IMG/VR virus record: IMGVR_UViG_3300021389_000031
Location: 1-53,085 of that record
Strand: one strand, 5' to 3'
Length of the DNA stretch: 53,085 nt
DNA from: a virus
Taxonomy: Duplodnaviria; Caudoviricetes
Of this stretch, positions 15,399-25,167 are shown in pieces. Under the pieces are notes generated by a model. It worked only from the letters and a program-made list of their open reading frames with translations, was not told the origin of the DNA and searched no databases. The translations under genes and the position numbers were made by a program. How positions within the stretch are numbered: the first letter of the stretch is position 1; each line of letters opens with the position of its first letter.

Positions 15399-18300
15399 TC
15401 TTGAAACTCAAACAAAACAAGCTTTTCAAGAAAACTACGACTTTGGCTCTGGAGGGGAGGCCCCCAAGGGTAAAGGCTATGTGGAACTGTTGGTAGATAA
15501 TATTGTTGGTCTTGACAATGATTACGAATCCTTTGGGGAAGCCTTTAGTAAATCCTTCAATAAGGACGAGCTTGGTACGCTCAAAAACATGGCAGTCAGT
15601 GCTTACGAGGGTGCCAAAGAGTTTGTAACCAGCCCCATTGAAACTTCCAAAGACATTGCCACAGAAATCTATGATAGTGTCTCCAGACTTGGTACGGAAA
15701 GCCTTGACGGCAGAATCAAGCGGATGTATGGTGTAGGTTATCAAGAAGCTACTGACGAACAGGTCACTAAGGCCAGAGAGGCTGTCCTTGGGGATGCTAT
15801 CACTGCTTCCTCCTTGGTCCCTGCTGCTAAGGGTACAACGACAGTAGCTAAGGCTGCTATCCCCGGCAAGGTTCAGGCTGACGTTGTGGACTGGACGCGT
15901 TCTTTACTTGACGGTGACAAAGAGTTCAGAACCGAATCTAAGAAACCTGCACGAGGCTTGAGTGCTCAGGCTGTTCGCGGTGAGGGTACTTCTGAGGATA
16001 TCCTAGATACAACGGGCCTAATTGCAACAGGGGGTCTTAGCGGGGCTGTGCCTAAGGGTGCTCTTCGTAGCTTTGGGGGTAAGACTGAACAGTACCTTGC
16101 CCCAATCTATAAGAAAAAATCTGCTATAAACCCTGAAGGACCAGATATAACCTTTGGGTCAAAAAAGTTACGAGACCTCTTTGAAGAAGACAGCTTTGAT
16201 AAACCTTTAAGCTTTAGTGACGAGGGGGAGTGGGATCTTGAAGATTTAGAGGGTTTTACCCCAGTTTCCGAAAGCTACGATAGCTCAAAGTTAGGTTATG
16301 CAAGAAACATGGACCTACATACCCTAGCAGAGATTAGCCTTGGTAAGGTTAATCTAGAGGAAGCCCTAGATTACATCGGAACAGATGCGACTCCCGAGGC
16401 TATTAGTTATATCAGTTCCCGTTTGAACAGGCTCTCTAATAACCCGGAGTTTGTAGCTTACAAAAATAGCCTTGAAGCAAATCCGGGTTTTGACTTTATC
16501 AAAGCTTACTATGAAAATCTCCCAAAGGGGGAGGCTGATGTAGTTTTTAGGTCCCCAGTCCCTGAAGTCTTGGATAACATGGCTTGGCCAAAAAAGGGGA
16601 AAGATGGTTATCAAATCATCAGTGAGCTACAAAAAAACCCAAGTGTGCTCAAGTCTGAGTTAGATACAATCCTCCCCGAAATTGACAAAACTAAGAAGTA
16701 CACTCTAGACGAGGCTCAAGAGGTTGTTAAGGGGAATCTTTGGGATACTAGGGTTCAGGTACTTAGTGGTAATGACGCCAAGTGGGAAGCATACCAGAGA
16801 CAACCAATAAATGGGCCTCACAAAGACTACTTTGAGCTACTTATTAACTCTGAAAGAGCCTCCCCCGATAAATCAGGTTTTAAGCCTAAGGGTTCACATT
16901 TTCAAGATAAGACACTTGCACATGCAAGGGCTTCTGTTCAGGAAGACCAGAGGGGGGATTTTATCCTTGTAGAGGAGATACAGTCTGATCTTCTACAACA
17001 TGGGGCACTATCCCCTCAAAAAGGCAAAACGGTTAAAAGTCCCGCACAGGTGGTAGAAGAGTCCCCCCATCTAAGTAGCTATGACAACTTAGATAAAAAG
17101 CTCCTACAGTTAATTGGGGAAGATAGAGACCCCATGTTTTTTGACTGGAGGGGTTATGAGGATTTTATCCTAGAGGTGGGACCAGAGAATTTGATACCTA
17201 ACAGCAGTCTGGGGGACGTTTTAACCGTTCTTGCGAAGGAGACTGGTGGGCAGTCACCCTCAGACAATTTATTGGGTCTGTACACAAACTATAAAGTAGG
17301 TTTTAAGAACCCTAATGCTTGGACCTCCCCACAAACAGATACTGGGTGGGATTATTGGGACAATCTTAAAGATACCTATTATAATGTGGTTGCACCTGAG
17401 GTCTCTTCCTATAATGAACCGGGTATCTCTTCTCCTCCACTAAAAAAAATTGAGGATAGTGTAAGGATGACACTTACCTCTATGATATCTGAAGCAGATG
17501 CTAGGGGTATAGATCGAATTGTTATACCCCCTCTTGAGCAGATTGTTAGTCGTAGATTTACTAAAGGTACAGAGCAGTTTGAAAAGGCCATGAAGCCTAA
17601 TAGCCTCTTCTCTAAGATATATACTACATATATACAAGATGCTGTTAGAGACCTTCAAAAAGAGGTTGGTTCAGGTAATATCTCCACTAGACTGGTTGAT
17701 CTAGACTATACAGAAGGTCCAACAACAGGTCTAGAGATAGATTTTACGGGTCTGCGTAAGTCTGACTACGACATCAAGACACCTAAATTTGCAGAAGGTG
17801 GCTTAACAATGGATGAACAAATGAACAAACTCTTTGCTGAAGGTGGTATCAATACTGGTGATATCCAACGAGACCCTATCTCTGGAAATGAAGTACCCCC
17901 GGGGTCTCTCCCCGAAGAAGTGCGTGATGATATCCCAGCCAAACTTTCATCTGGGGAATATGTTATTCCTGCGGATGTACTCCGGTACTATGGGGTAGCC
18001 TTCTTTGAAAAACTCCGTACCAAAGCTAAACAAGGTTTGAGTGAGATGGACTCTGAGGGTCGTATTGGTGGAGACACTGAAGGTCCTCAAGAGACTGCTA
18101 TGGAGCAGGGTGAAGAAGAAGACTTCCCGTTTTCTCTGGAAGAACTCCAAGCTGAAGATAACTCTTTGGAAATGGCTGAGGGTGGTGTCGTACCAGATAC
18201 TCCCACTGCTAACTTCGATCCTAACAAGTTCTCTTATAGCCCCACAACAGGTGCTACTGGTTCTCAGATGAAGCAGTATAAGGATAAGGATGGTAACATC

Positions 18301-19272
18301 GTCCAAGTTCTGTTCATCAATGGCAAACCTATTGTAGACGTAGATGCTCTTGGTTATACCCTGTACGACCCAGCTACAGAGTCAACTGCTGCTGTTGCCA
18401 CCGGAGAAGAGGTTAAGAAGCCTGAGAAAACAGACGAAAACCCCCAAGAACGCGATAAGTTCATGGTCAAGGGTGCCACAGAGAAATCAGCTAGAACTCC
18501 TACCAAAGCCTTCAAGGATGTGAATTGGGCTTCAACTAGCCCCGCAGAGGCAGCTAACTTGATCGGTAATAGCTTTGACCCTACCTTTGGGGATAAGCTT
18601 GGTACAGCCCTTGGGTCACTCTTGGGCGGTAGCGCAGGGGGAGGTCTTGGTCTTACAGCAGGAGGTAAGCTGGCAAAAACAGCCATCGCTACAATGAATC
18701 TCCGAGAAGCAGCCAGTGCAGTCGCCACCTTCAGGGCAAGTGGGAATACCGCTGCAGCAGATGCCGCCCAAGCAAAACTCGATGAACTTTCAAAAGGTAT
18801 CCCTAATGCTGCGAAAATGATCTCTGGTCTGGGTACAGTAGAACCATTTGATATTGGTCTCCCAGAGGCAGTTCAAACCCCTACATCCCTTACTTCCAAG
18901 ACTAGCTCTGGTGGTAAATCCGCAGGTATTGCAACACCCACATCTATTGTGAAAGGTGCTACTTCTCTTGGGGATGGCAGTGATAAGTCCGGTGGACTCT
19001 CTTACAGTAAGGATGTAACCGGGGGTAAGTCTGCCACAGAAAGTATCAAGAGTGCTGGTGGTACCATGAGTGGGGGCCTTGGGTTTGGCAAAGACCTTAG
19101 TGGAAGCCCTAACATGGGACCCTCTGGTAATGACTTTAGCATGGGTACCCCCGTTAAAGAAGAAAGTTATGACCAAACAATCGCTCGTGGCGGTGGCTTT
19201 AAAAAAGGCGGTCTCGTAGCAAAACCTAAACCTGCTGCAAAGAAAGCCCCCCGTCGTAAAATGAAGATTTGA
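15391..19272 (+). CDS. Large internal virion / polyvalent-type protein
   Basis: 1293 aa; HF....LAH.R.....ILVEEIQSD and DDIPAKLSSGEYVIPADV segments; repeated AEGG motifs. Confidence 0.75.
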   Translation: MADLETQTKQAFQENYDFGSGGEAPKGKGYVELLVDNIVGLDNDYESFGEAFSKSFNKDELGTLKNMAVSAYEGAKEFVTSPIETSKDIATEIYDSVSRLGTESLDGRIKRMYGVGYQEATDEQVTKAREAVLGDAITASSLVPAAKGTTTVAKAAIPGKVQADVVDWTRSLLDGDKEFRTESKKPARGLSAQAVRGEGTSEDILDTTGLIATGGLSGAVPKGALRSFGGKTEQYLAPIYKKKSAINPEGPDITFGSKKLRDLFEEDSFDKPLSFSDEGEWDLEDLEGFTPVSESYDSSKLGYARNMDLHTLAEISLGKVNLEEALDYIGTDATPEAISYISSRLNRLSNNPEFVAYKNSLEANPGFDFIKAYYENLPKGEADVVFRSPVPEVLDNMAWPKKGKDGYQIISELQKNPSVLKSELDTILPEIDKTKKYTLDEAQEVVKGNLWDTRVQVLSGNDAKWEAYQRQPINGPHKDYFELLINSERASPDKSGFKPKGSHFQDKTLAHARASVQEDQRGDFILVEEIQSDLLQHGALSPQKGKTVKSPAQVVEESPHLSSYDNLDKKLLQLIGEDRDPMFFDWRGYEDFILEVGPENLIPNSSLGDVLTVLAKETGGQSPSDNLLGLYTNYKVGFKNPNAWTSPQTDTGWDYWDNLKDTYYNVVAPEVSSYNEPGISSPPLKKIEDSVRMTLTSMISEADARGIDRIVIPPLEQIVSRRFTKGTEQFEKAMKPNSLFSKIYTTYIQDAVRDLQKEVGSGNISTRLVDLDYTEGPTTGLEIDFTGLRKSDYDIKTPKFAEGGLTMDEQMNKLFAEGGINTGDIQRDPISGNEVPPGSLPEEVRDDIPAKLSSGEYVIPADVLRYYGVAFFEKLRTKAKQGLSEMDSEGRIGGDTEGPQETAMEQGEEEDFPFSLEELQAEDNSLEMAEGGVVPDTPTANFDPNKFSYSPTTGATGSQMKQYKDKDGNIVQVLFINGKPIVDVDALGYTLYDPATESTAAVATGEEVKKPEKTDENPQERDKFMVKGATEKSARTPTKAFKDVNWASTSPAEAANLIGNSFDPTFGDKLGTALGSLLGGSAGGGLGLTAGGKLAKTAIATMNLREAASAVATFRASGNTAAADAAQAKLDELSKGIPNAAKMISGLGTVEPFDIGLPEAVQTPTSLTSKTSSGGKSAGIATPTSIVKGATSLGDGSDKSGGLSYSKDVTGGKSATESIKSAGGTMSGGLGFGKDLSGSPNMGPSGNDFSMGTPVKEESYDQTIARGGGFKKGGLVAKPKPAAKKAPRRKMKI

Positions 19273-19297
19273 CAATCTACCACAAATAGGCTAGATT
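19269..19297 (+). promoter_or_regulatory. sigma70-like promoter for the scaffold gene
   Basis: TTGACA-N17-TAGATT. Confidence 0.6.
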
Positions 19298-19354
19298 ATT
19301 AAGATAAGGCTACCCGGGGGATAGACCCCCGGCCCCACAGAAAGGATAAGCCAC

Positions 19355-20206
19355 GTGGATGTAATGGAAAAACCCAAGGTCGCAGGATTTGTGAATCAGG
19401 GTAATAGTCGTAGTAACCGTAAGCGCATTGAACAAGAAGAAAAGGAACTCGAAGAGCTTCTCACAGGAAAGACCCCCCAAGAGGAAACTACGGACGAAGA
19501 GCCTGAAGTAGAGGCTACAGAAGAAAAACCTCTCACCCGAGAGGAAGAATCCTTTAAGAAGCGTTATGGAGATCTCCGTCGCCACCTACAGCAAAAAGAA
19601 GCTGAGTGGGAAACTCGGTTCAAGCAGTTGGAGTCTAAGAGTCCAGAACTCCCTGCCAAAGAAGAGGATCTAGAGGAGTGGGTGAATAAGCATCCAGACG
19701 TGGCGGCTATTGTTCAAGCTCTTGCAGCTAAAGAGGCTGATAAGCGTTTTCAAGGTGCTGAAACCCGTCTCCGTCAAATTGATGAAGAGCGGGAAGAACT
19801 CTCTCGTCAACGGGCAGAACAAGTTATCCGTAAGTCTCACTCTGACTTTGATGAGATCAAGGCTTCTGACGCATTCCATGATTGGGCAGAGGAACAACCT
19901 AAGTGGGTTCAAGATGCAGTCTATGAGAATGCAGATGATCCTAAGTCTGTCATTCGCGTAATTGATCTGTATAAGGTTGATAAGGGGATGACCAAGCAGG
20001 CTCGTAAGCAGCAAGACAAAGATGCAGCTTCTACCATCCCCACTAAATCTCGTACTACTATCGAGGATGATGAGGGCCAAGCATATTTCTCTGAGTCTCA
20101 AGTTGCAAAGATGTCCGACAAGGACTACGAGAAAAACCAAGACAAGATTATGGAAGCTATGCGTACAGGTAAATTTAAGTACGATCTTTCAGGTGGTGCT
20201 CGATAA
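19355..20206 (+). CDS. Head scaffolding protein
   Basis: Acidic coiled coil, FKKRYGDLRRH, lies before the MCP. Confidence 0.8.
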   Translation: MDVMEKPKVAGFVNQGNSRSNRKRIEQEEKELEELLTGKTPQEETTDEEPEVEATEEKPLTREEESFKKRYGDLRRHLQQKEAEWETRFKQLESKSPELPAKEEDLEEWVNKHPDVAAIVQALAAKEADKRFQGAETRLRQIDEEREELSRQRAEQVIRKSHSDFDEIKASDAFHDWAEEQPKWVQDAVYENADDPKSVIRVIDLYKVDKGMTKQARKQQDKDAASTIPTKSRTTIEDDEGQAYFSESQVAKMSDKDYEKNQDKIMEAMRTGKFKYDLSGGAR

Positions 20207-20210
20207 AGAG

Positions 20211-20238
20211 TTGACAAAACTCAAGAACACCATATAAC
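20211..20238 (+). promoter_or_regulatory. sigma70-like promoter for tRNA/MCP
   Basis: TTGACA-N16-TATAAC. Confidence 0.65.
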
Positions 20239-20337
20239 TAGATACTATCACCAGAGGCCCCTTTAAGGATACCCTCTGGCACCTTACTAGAGTGTTAGTC
20301 TGTAGGTAGTAATACCTTTGTAAGACTAACCTATCTT

Positions 20338-20413
20338 GCCCTTGTAACTCAGTAGGTAGAGTGCCTGATTTGTAATCAGGATGCCGTGGGTTCGATTCCT
20401 GCCGGGGGCACCA
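20338..20413 (+). tRNA. tRNA-Thr(UGU)
   Basis: GCCCTTG/CGGGGGC acceptor, CCTGA-TTTGTAA-TCAGG anticodon arm, GGTTCGATTCC T arm, encoded CCA, 76 nt. Confidence 0.93.
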
Positions 20414-20578
20414 AACGAATAACACTTCAGGACTACCCAAGCTGTTGGGCCTCCGTAAGGCTGATCCCCTTAGGACACCCCATAAAGATTGGCCTCTGTG
20501 AATCTGGTCTGTTCGTTCTTTCTCGGGTCATAAGGGCCTGAGGTCTAACTTATACGCCATAACAAAGGAGAATCTCTT

Positions 20579-21652
20579 ATGGCTTTCGCTTCCGCTGCAG
20601 GTTATACGAACCTGCCCAATGGCAATTTCAGCCCGGTTATCTACTCGAAGAAGGTGCAGCTTGCACTGCGTAAGAAAACCACTGCTGCCGACATCACGAA
20701 CTCGGACTACTTTGGTGAAATCTCGGGCCAAGGTGATACTGTGCGTATCATCAAGGAACCGGAAATCTCGGTTTCGGCTTATGCCCGTGGTACTCAGGTT
20801 ACTGCTCAGGACCTGCAGGATGATGACTTCTCGTTGACCGTTGACAAGGCTAACTATTTTGCCTTCAAGGTTGATGATATTGAAGAGAAGCATTCGCATG
20901 TCAACTTCATGGACATGGCCACCAATCGTGCTGCTTACCGTCTTGCTGACCAGTATGACCAAGAAGTTCTTGGTTACATCTCGGGTTACAAGCAGGCAAC
21001 CCTCCACACCAACGCGGATACCGTGAACGATCAAGTCTCGGGCACTGTTGCTGTTGATACTGCTGGTACTGACGAACTGCTTTCGACTATGAAGCTGTCG
21101 CGTCCGAGCTTTGGTAACATCACAACAGCGGGTTCGACTGGGGACTCTATCCCGGTTGCTGCTCGTCTCCCGGGTGCTACTGCTCTCCCGACCACCTACG
21201 TCTCTCCGGTTATGCTGATTAACCGTATGGGTCGTCTTCTGGACCAACAGAACGTGGATAAGTCGGGCCGCTGGATCGTGATTGACCCGGTGCTGCTGGA
21301 AGTTCTCGCTGATGAAGACTCGCGCTTCATGAACGCTGACTTTGGTGACTCGGGTAGTCTCCGTAACGGTCTGGTCATTAACCAGTGGAACGGTTTCCGT
21401 GTGTATGTCTCGAACAACCTGCCTTCGGTTGGTACGGGTCCTGCTACTACGGGTACCTCGGCCCAGTCGAGCAACTTCGGTGTTCTGGTTGCTGGTCATG
21501 ACTCGTCTGTTGCTACTGCCGAGCAGATCAACAAGACCGAGAGCTACCGTGACCCGGACTCGTTCGCTGATATCGTTCGTGGTATGCACCTCTATGGTCG
21601 CAAGATCCTTCGTCCTGAAGGTATCTCGGTCGCACGTTACAACCTCGCCTAA
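20579..21652 (+). CDS. Major capsid protein
   Basis: AAGGAG RBS; MAFASAAGYTNLPNGNFSPVIYSKK...FADIVRGMHLYGRKILRPE; strong codon bias. Confidence 0.93.
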   Translation: MAFASAAGYTNLPNGNFSPVIYSKKVQLALRKKTTAADITNSDYFGEISGQGDTVRIIKEPEISVSAYARGTQVTAQDLQDDDFSLTVDKANYFAFKVDDIEEKHSHVNFMDMATNRAAYRLADQYDQEVLGYISGYKQATLHTNADTVNDQVSGTVAVDTAGTDELLSTMKLSRPSFGNITTAGSTGDSIPVAARLPGATALPTTYVSPVMLINRMGRLLDQQNVDKSGRWIVIDPVLLEVLADEDSRFMNADFGDSGSLRNGLVINQWNGFRVYVSNNLPSVGTGPATTGTSAQSSNFGVLVAGHDSSVATAEQINKTESYRDPDSFADIVRGMHLYGRKILRPEGISVARYNLA

Positions 21653-21659
21653 GGCGCTT

Positions 21660-21682
21660 AGGGGGGCCATAAGGGTCCCCCT
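21660..21682 (+). terminator. Hairpin after MCP (weak terminator or mRNA stabiliser)
   Basis: GGGGGGCC-ATAAG-GGTCCCCC with only a short T run. Confidence 0.5.
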
Positions 21683-21708
21683 TACAACTTCCTCGAAAGG
21701 ATAATTCT

Positions 21709-22116
21709 ATGTCTCTCGCGCAAGCTCTGCGTAGTCAGGCGATTGTGGTTGATAAATATGTTGACCTCGCCGCTACTTCGGGTACCACTGTTGGTATCTC
21801 GGTTCCTGCTGGCACTCTGGTGCTGGCTGTTGGTTTTGAACCCTCGGAAGCTGTCCCGGATGTCACCACCTACACTATGGACATCACAGACGGTACTACT
21901 ACTTTTGCTAACGATCTTAACTTTGATAATATTGCCGCTGGCACTATCAAGGTTGGCACTACCGCTGGTGTAGTTGCCGCTGCAGATACGATTGACGTTG
22001 TGACTACTATCTCGGGTTCCCCGGGTGTTATCACCGGACGCCTGTTTGCTGTGATTATTGATGCTAACGAGTCGGTTCGTCCTGCGGCTTCTGCTGCCCG
22101 CGATAAGCTGGCTTAA
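21709..22116 (+). CDS. Probable head decoration/minor capsid protein
   Basis: Follows MCP, same codon bias, VPAGTLV and ADTIDV motifs. Confidence 0.7.
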   Translation: MSLAQALRSQAIVVDKYVDLAATSGTTVGISVPAGTLVLAVGFEPSEAVPDVTTYTMDITDGTTTFANDLNFDNIAAGTIKVGTTAGVVAAADTIDVVTTISGSPGVITGRLFAVIIDANESVRPAASAARDKLA

Positions 22117-22123
22117 TAACCTT

Positions 22124-22159
22124 GGGGCCGACCTCTCTATGGGGTCGGTCTCTTCTTTT
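22124..22159 (+). terminator. Rho-independent terminator
   Basis: GGGGCCGACCTC-TCTAT-GGGGTCGGTCTC-TTCTTTT. Confidence 0.8.
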
Positions 22160-22199
22160 AGGGGGTAGCCCCTAACTTGGTAGTATAAAAGGACGCACC

Positions 22200-22628
22200 A
22201 TGTCTAAGGGCAATACTTTCGAAAATGATCTGTTGAAGTTGATCTTCAACGCCACAGCGATTGCAAACATCGCGGACAATGCGGTCACATCGCCACTGAC
22301 CAACCTCTATGTTTCACTTCACACTGCCGACCCCGGCGAGGCTGGTAACCAGACCACGAACGAATGTGCATACACCAGCTATGCTCGTGTGGCGGTGGCA
22401 CGGTCCGGTGCTGGGTGGACTGTCACAGCCAATAGTGTTTCGCCTGCGGCTGCGATTGCCTTCCCTGCGGCCACGGGCGGCACCGAGACGGCAACCTATG
22501 CTGGGTTCGGCACCGATGCGAGCGGCACTGGCAAGTTGCTCTACAGCGGCGCTATCAGCCCCACGATTGATATCTCGTCCGGGGTAACGCCTCGCCTTAC
22601 CACGGCCACGGCTATCACCGAGGATTGA
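22200..22628 (+). CDS. Virion structural/fibre-associated protein
   Basis: LYVSLHTADPGEAG..NE..YTSYARVAV..I.FP.ATG motif family. Confidence 0.75.
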   Translation: MSKGNTFENDLLKLIFNATAIANIADNAVTSPLTNLYVSLHTADPGEAGNQTTNECAYTSYARVAVARSGAGWTVTANSVSPAAAIAFPAATGGTETATYAGFGTDASGTGKLLYSGAISPTIDISSGVTPRLTTATAITED

Positions 22629-22632
22629 TCTT

Positions 22633-23289
22633 ATGGTTAAGCTCGTCAACCGCGCAAAGATGACCACGGCAACGACTGGCACGGGAACAATCACTCTCGG
22701 GTCGGCCTCTGCGGGCTACCAGACCTTTGCTGACGCGGGTGTGGTTGATGCGGATGTGGTCAGCTATGTCATCGAGGATGGCAACGACTGGGAGATCGGG
22801 ACCGGAGCCTATACGGCATCTGGCACCACGTTGTCTCGTTCTGTCTCTGAGAGTTCAAATGCAGATTCTGCGCTGAACTTGACCGGGGCCGCTGCGGTTT
22901 TTGTGTCGGCCATTGCGTCTGATATTGTCACGCCGGGTAACACCCAGACCCTCACCAACAAGACCCTGACAAGCCCAGCGATTGGCGGGACCATCCTTGA
23001 AGAGGTCTATGCCATAACGGGCACCTCGCCTGCGCTTGACCCTGACAATGGGTCAATCCAGACATGGACATTAAGCGGGGCGTCTACGCCTTCGGATAAC
23101 TTATCCTCGGGTGAGGCTATCACGCTGATGATTGACGATGGGGCCGCAAACACGATCACATGGCCGACGATGATTTGGGTCAATAACGCAGGTTCCGCCC
23201 CGACTTTGGCTACCTCAGGCTATACGGTTATTGCACTGTGGAAGGTATCCACAACGCTCTATGGCGCACTTGTAGGGGATGGATCGTAA
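22633..23289 (+). CDS. Tail-fibre-like protein
   Basis: NRAKMTTATTGTGTITLG...WEIGTG.Y...LSR N-domain; TQTLTNKTL linker. Confidence 0.75.
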   Translation: MVKLVNRAKMTTATTGTGTITLGSASAGYQTFADAGVVDADVVSYVIEDGNDWEIGTGAYTASGTTLSRSVSESSNADSALNLTGAAAVFVSAIASDIVTPGNTQTLTNKTLTSPAIGGTILEEVYAITGTSPALDPDNGSIQTWTLSGASTPSDNLSSGEAITLMIDDGAANTITWPTMIWVNNAGSAPTLATSGYTVIALWKVSTTLYGALVGDGS

Positions 23290-23876
23290 TGTTGTGGCAT
23301 AAAGCGATAGGGGCTGGGGGACTTGTAGGCGGAGGCGGAGGCGGTGGCGGTGAGGTCACTTTTGTAGGGGCCGTGGTTGATGATGGAACTTTTGCGAGTA
23401 CTATCGGGGCGGATGATTGTGTTATCTTGGTCCAAGGCAAGGGTGGCAGTAACCCATCGAGTGCCCCAGATGGATTTACTTTGCTGGCATCTAGCGTAAG
23501 CAACGCCTTTTGGGCTGCGGCGTATTACTCATTTGGGGCGCAGAGTATCAGTCTAACGGCTAACTATGGGGTGGCGTTTGCATTCACTGGCACAAGCTCG
23601 GCCCTTGCTCCAACAGTGGCTAGTATCGAGGGTTTTGATGATACCGCTGACCCGCCTTCGCTGACAGGATTTTCTGGGGGAGATATGGTTGTTGCTGGTG
23701 CTTGTTTTGATGGTGCATCCATCGACTCTGGGCCTATCGGGTTTATTTCTACGCTGAATGGCAGAATTGGGGCCGCGTATAATGGCAGCACCACATCGAC
23801 GGAAGATCCCCCCGGTTTTGGGACCTCGGGTGACGATGAGTGGATCGCGTTTACGATCAAAGTCCAAGCAGGGTAA
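23289..23876 (+). CDS. Hypothetical fibre/tip protein
   Basis: ATG 23289 (MLWHKAIGAGG), Gly linker, beta-rich. Confidence 0.65.
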   Translation: MLWHKAIGAGGLVGGGGGGGGEVTFVGAVVDDGTFASTIGADDCVILVQGKGGSNPSSAPDGFTLLASSVSNAFWAAAYYSFGAQSISLTANYGVAFAFTGTSSALAPTVASIEGFDDTADPPSLTGFSGGDMVVAGACFDGASIDSGPIGFISTLNGRIGAAYNGSTTSTEDPPGFGTSGDDEWIAFTIKVQAG

Positions 23877-23885
23877 GGAATCATT

Positions 23886-24419
23886 ATGTATATAAAACTC
23901 AAAGACGGTATGCCCGAGAGGTATTCAATATCAAAGCTCAGAAAGGACAATCCCAATACATCATTTCCGAAGGAGGTGCCTGATGCGGCCTTGGCTGGGT
24001 GGGGCGTCTATGCCTACACCCGGAAGGCTCGACCAGACTACATCCCGGAAACGCAGAGTTGCTCTGAAGGCGACTTTGAACAGGTGGACGGGGAATGGTT
24101 TCTTGGTTGGGTGGTGACAGATAAACCTATCGCAGAAATCCGCGAATATTCAGAGATCACACGGATGGAGTTCTGCAACAACCTTGCCAATGTCGGGGTG
24201 CTAACCAACAAAGATGCAATTGATGTAGCGCGCGGTGACTGGCCATATGCGATGGCAGACTTCCTTAATTATCTGAATCCAGCGGAATCGCGGGGTATTC
24301 AGATCGAGTGGGCTACCGCTGCAAGTGTCCGCAGGATGCACCCATTCGTGCTCCTGTTGGGGTCTTGGCTCAACCTCACCGATGAGCAGGTCGACACACT
24401 GTTTGGCATCGGGGCCTAG
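23886..24419 (+). CDS. Fibre-associated hypothetical protein
   Basis: YSI.KLR.DNPNTSFP N-domain; LT.EQVD.LF C-terminus. Confidence 0.7.
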   Translation: MYIKLKDGMPERYSISKLRKDNPNTSFPKEVPDAALAGWGVYAYTRKARPDYIPETQSCSEGDFEQVDGEWFLGWVVTDKPIAEIREYSEITRMEFCNNLANVGVLTNKDAIDVARGDWPYAMADFLNYLNPAESRGIQIEWATAASVRRMHPFVLLLGSWLNLTDEQVDTLFGIGA

Positions 24420-24422
24420 TAG

Positions 24423-25166
24423 ATGCTCGGGTTTTCACCCCTTGCATCTGCACCGATTGGTGCCCTACCAATCACAGCCCTTCTCGCTGATGCAGTCGCG
24501 TCATCCTCCGGCACAAGCACGGTTGCAGGAGTTGGGTCATCAACAGCCGATGGTGTTGCGTCCATATCCGGCGTTGCATCCGTGTCTGCCGTTGGTTCGT
24601 CAACTGCTGATGCTGTTGCATCCATATCCGGGTCCGCAACAGTTGCTGCGGTCGGTGAAGCTACCGCAGACGCTGTGGCATCAATCGGTGGCACAAGCAC
24701 GGTATCGGCTGTAGGAGAGGCCACGGCAGACGCTACCGCCACCATATCAGGCACAAGCACAGTTGCCGCTGTAGGGTCGACTGTGGCCTTCTCTGATGCG
24801 TCTGCCACCATATCAGGCACAAGCACAGTTGCCGCTGTAGGGTCGGCTATCATTCTTGCAGAAGCCGCAGCAGGGGCTTCTGGTACAGTTACAGTCTCGG
24901 TGACAGGTGAGTCCACCTCGGAGAGTGTTGGTACGGTTACCAATACCAGTGTAATCTCCGTTGTTGGTTCCTCTACAGTAGACGGTGTGGTGGTGGTTTC
25001 GGGGGTAGGTGGTGTCTTGGTTTACCACCAAAGGCTTTTTGATACCAACTACAACAAGTCCCGGGTTGTATTCGCAACAGGTGAAAACAGGGTTGCTATC
25101 TTACCAATGTCGCCTAGGAAACCCACCCAAGATATCCGCCCAGAGAATAGAACAATGAGGATTTAA
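24423..25166 (+). CDS. Repeat-rich structural protein
   Basis: MLGFSPLASAPI start; about 19-aa repeats ADAVASISGTSTVAAVGxxT. Confidence 0.75.
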   Translation: MLGFSPLASAPIGALPITALLADAVASSSGTSTVAGVGSSTADGVASISGVASVSAVGSSTADAVASISGSATVAAVGEATADAVASIGGTSTVSAVGEATADATATISGTSTVAAVGSTVAFSDASATISGTSTVAAVGSAIILAEAAAGASGTVTVSVTGESTSESVGTVTNTSVISVVGSSTVDGVVVVSGVGGVLVYHQRLFDTNYNKSRVVFATGENRVAILPMSPRKPTQDIRPENRTMRI

Positions 25167-25167
25167 G

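Noticed and set aside
20528-21670. 380-aa antisense ORF over the MCP (and similar antisense ORFs elsewhere)
   Set aside because: Expected shadow of strong codon bias; no RBS or recognisable motifs.
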